From: Clostridiales bacterium
GTDB lineage: Bacteria > Bacillota > Clostridia > Oscillospirales > CAG-272
Direction of reading: 5' to 3'
NCBI GenBank assembly: GCA_003150035.1
Contig: QALR01000018.1
Location: 101,259-165,258, forward strand
DNA length: 64,000 nucleotides
Each line of letters starts with the position of its first letter. The first letter of the stretch is position 1. The notes beneath the pieces were generated by a model. That model did not search any database. It had not been told where the DNA came from and worked only from the letters and a program-made list of their open reading frames with translations. Below are positions 63,407-64,000 of this stretch, in pieces. Made by a program: the position numbers and the translations under genes.

Positions 63407-63952
63407 TTGGCAAATCCCGAAAAAAAACAGGAAACCGGTGGAGCGCTTGTCAGGTTTTTTCATAAAATCATAGACGCCGTGCTAAATTTTCTGCATCTCT
63501 CCAAATATAAAGAGCAAATCATGTATCTTGTCGTCGGCGGCGGCACCACCGCGATCGACTGGATTGTATTTACCTTGCTCGTTTTTTTCCTTCCGGATTT
63601 ATCCTCTCTTCCGTTTTTTGACCGATTTCCCAACGCCATTGAATATACCGCCGCCTGGATCGCCGCCGTTCTATTTGCCTTCTGGGCAAGCAAATATTTC
63701 GTATTTGAATCGGCGAAAAAGGAAGGGACCGTACAGTTTTTTAAATTTGTCGCATCCCGCGTGCTCACGCTGCTTCTTTCCTTGGCAGGAGATTTTTTTC
63801 TTACCGGAATTTTGGAAATCAACGAATTTCTTGCCAAGCTTATTATATCGGTTCTGGTCGTCGTGATTAACTATATCACAAGTAAACTGTTTGTTTTCAA
63901 CAAAAAACAGGAAAAAGGAGAGTCCTCTCATGACAAAGAACCCCATTTGTGA
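63407..63952 (+). CDS. GtrA-family membrane protein
   Basis: 181 aa with 4 TM segments. YLVVGGGTTAIDW and the C-terminal K..VF motif are typical of GtrA-like proteins. TTG start 10 nt after GGAGG. Confidence 0.75.
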   Translation: MANPEKKQETGGALVRFFHKIIDAVLNFLHLSKYKEQIMYLVVGGGTTAIDWIVFTLLVFFLPDLSSLPFFDRFPNAIEYTAAWIAAVLFAFWASKYFVFESAKKEGTVQFFKFVASRVLTLLLSLAGDFFLTGILEINEFLAKLIISVLVVVINYITSKLFVFNKKQEKGESSHDKEPHL

Positions 63953-64000
63953 ATATAACGGAGCGACTCTCGCCTATATTGGCGATGCTGTCATTGAGCT
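63930..64000 (+). CDS. mrnC: Mini-ribonuclease 3, N-terminal fragment (runs off the right window edge)
   Basis: Not in the ORF track because it is open at the edge. ATG 63930 follows an AAAGGAGAG SD. Translation MTKNPICEYNGATLAYIGDAVIEL contains the LAYIGDAV(Y/I)E Mini-III signature. Confidence 0.75.
   Translation, partial: MTKNPICEYNGATLAYIGDAVIE

Noticed and set aside
1-64000. Scan of the whole window for rRNA, tRNA, CRISPR arrays, IS elements, transposases, integrases or phage genes.
   Set aside because: None was recognised in any intergenic region or ORF translation. The window reads as core chromosome, with the small AT-rich XRE islet as the only possible exception.

Overview
This window is a chromosomal, mostly housekeeping region. 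Gene content and order, strong GGAGG Shine-Dalgarno sites and sigma-A promoters with TGn-extended -10 boxes suggest a moderately GC-rich Firmicute of clostridial type; that taxonomic call is an inference. I support about 54 protein-coding genes and recognised no rRNA, tRNA, CRISPR array, IS element or prophage.

Gene layout, left to right:
- A partial dapA sits behind a lysine riboswitch, divergent from an ARG-box promoter.
- That promoter drives a roughly 13-kb operon, argG-argH-argC-argJ-argB-argD-argF-carA-carB.
- A GAP/LysE-like membrane protein gene follows, with an attenuator-like leader.
- Next is a uxuA-type sugar-acid cluster, then lepA-hemW and a divergent EF-G paralogue.
- These are followed by a DUF1858 gene, trmK, a Nif3-like gene, a tandem GT4 glycosyltransferase, ogg, a Cys-rich unknown and kdgK.
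- Then come a PD-(D/E)xK-like gene with an ABC-2 exporter pair, trkA/trkH and ldhA.
- A fused ABC-ATPase/FtsX protein, ftsH, uvrA, uvrB, sdaAB/sdaAA and murA follow.
- A WalR-WalK-YycH-YycI-like module comes next, then a DUF3810 protein and radC.
- An AT-rich XRE islet precedes glyA, a CinA-C/PncC-like gene, holA, a Toprim (RNase M5-like) gene, a GtrA-like gene and the start of mini-RNase III.

Findings most worth follow-up:
1. CarB carries a complete DapF-like domain fused in frame, and its first catalytic Cys is replaced by Ala.
2. The membrane-protein gene has a promoter, hairpin and U-tract leader that looks like an attenuator or riboswitch.
3. The glycosyltransferase gene has its only SD-positioned start at ATT.
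4. murA has a long leader with mutually exclusive helices.
5. A 53-nt G/C stem-loop lies inside the arg operon.
6. SdaAA has a C-terminal CxxCxxC tail.

I saw no clear novel multi-gene system such as a defence island. All family assignments come from motifs read by eye and need HMM or BLAST confirmation.
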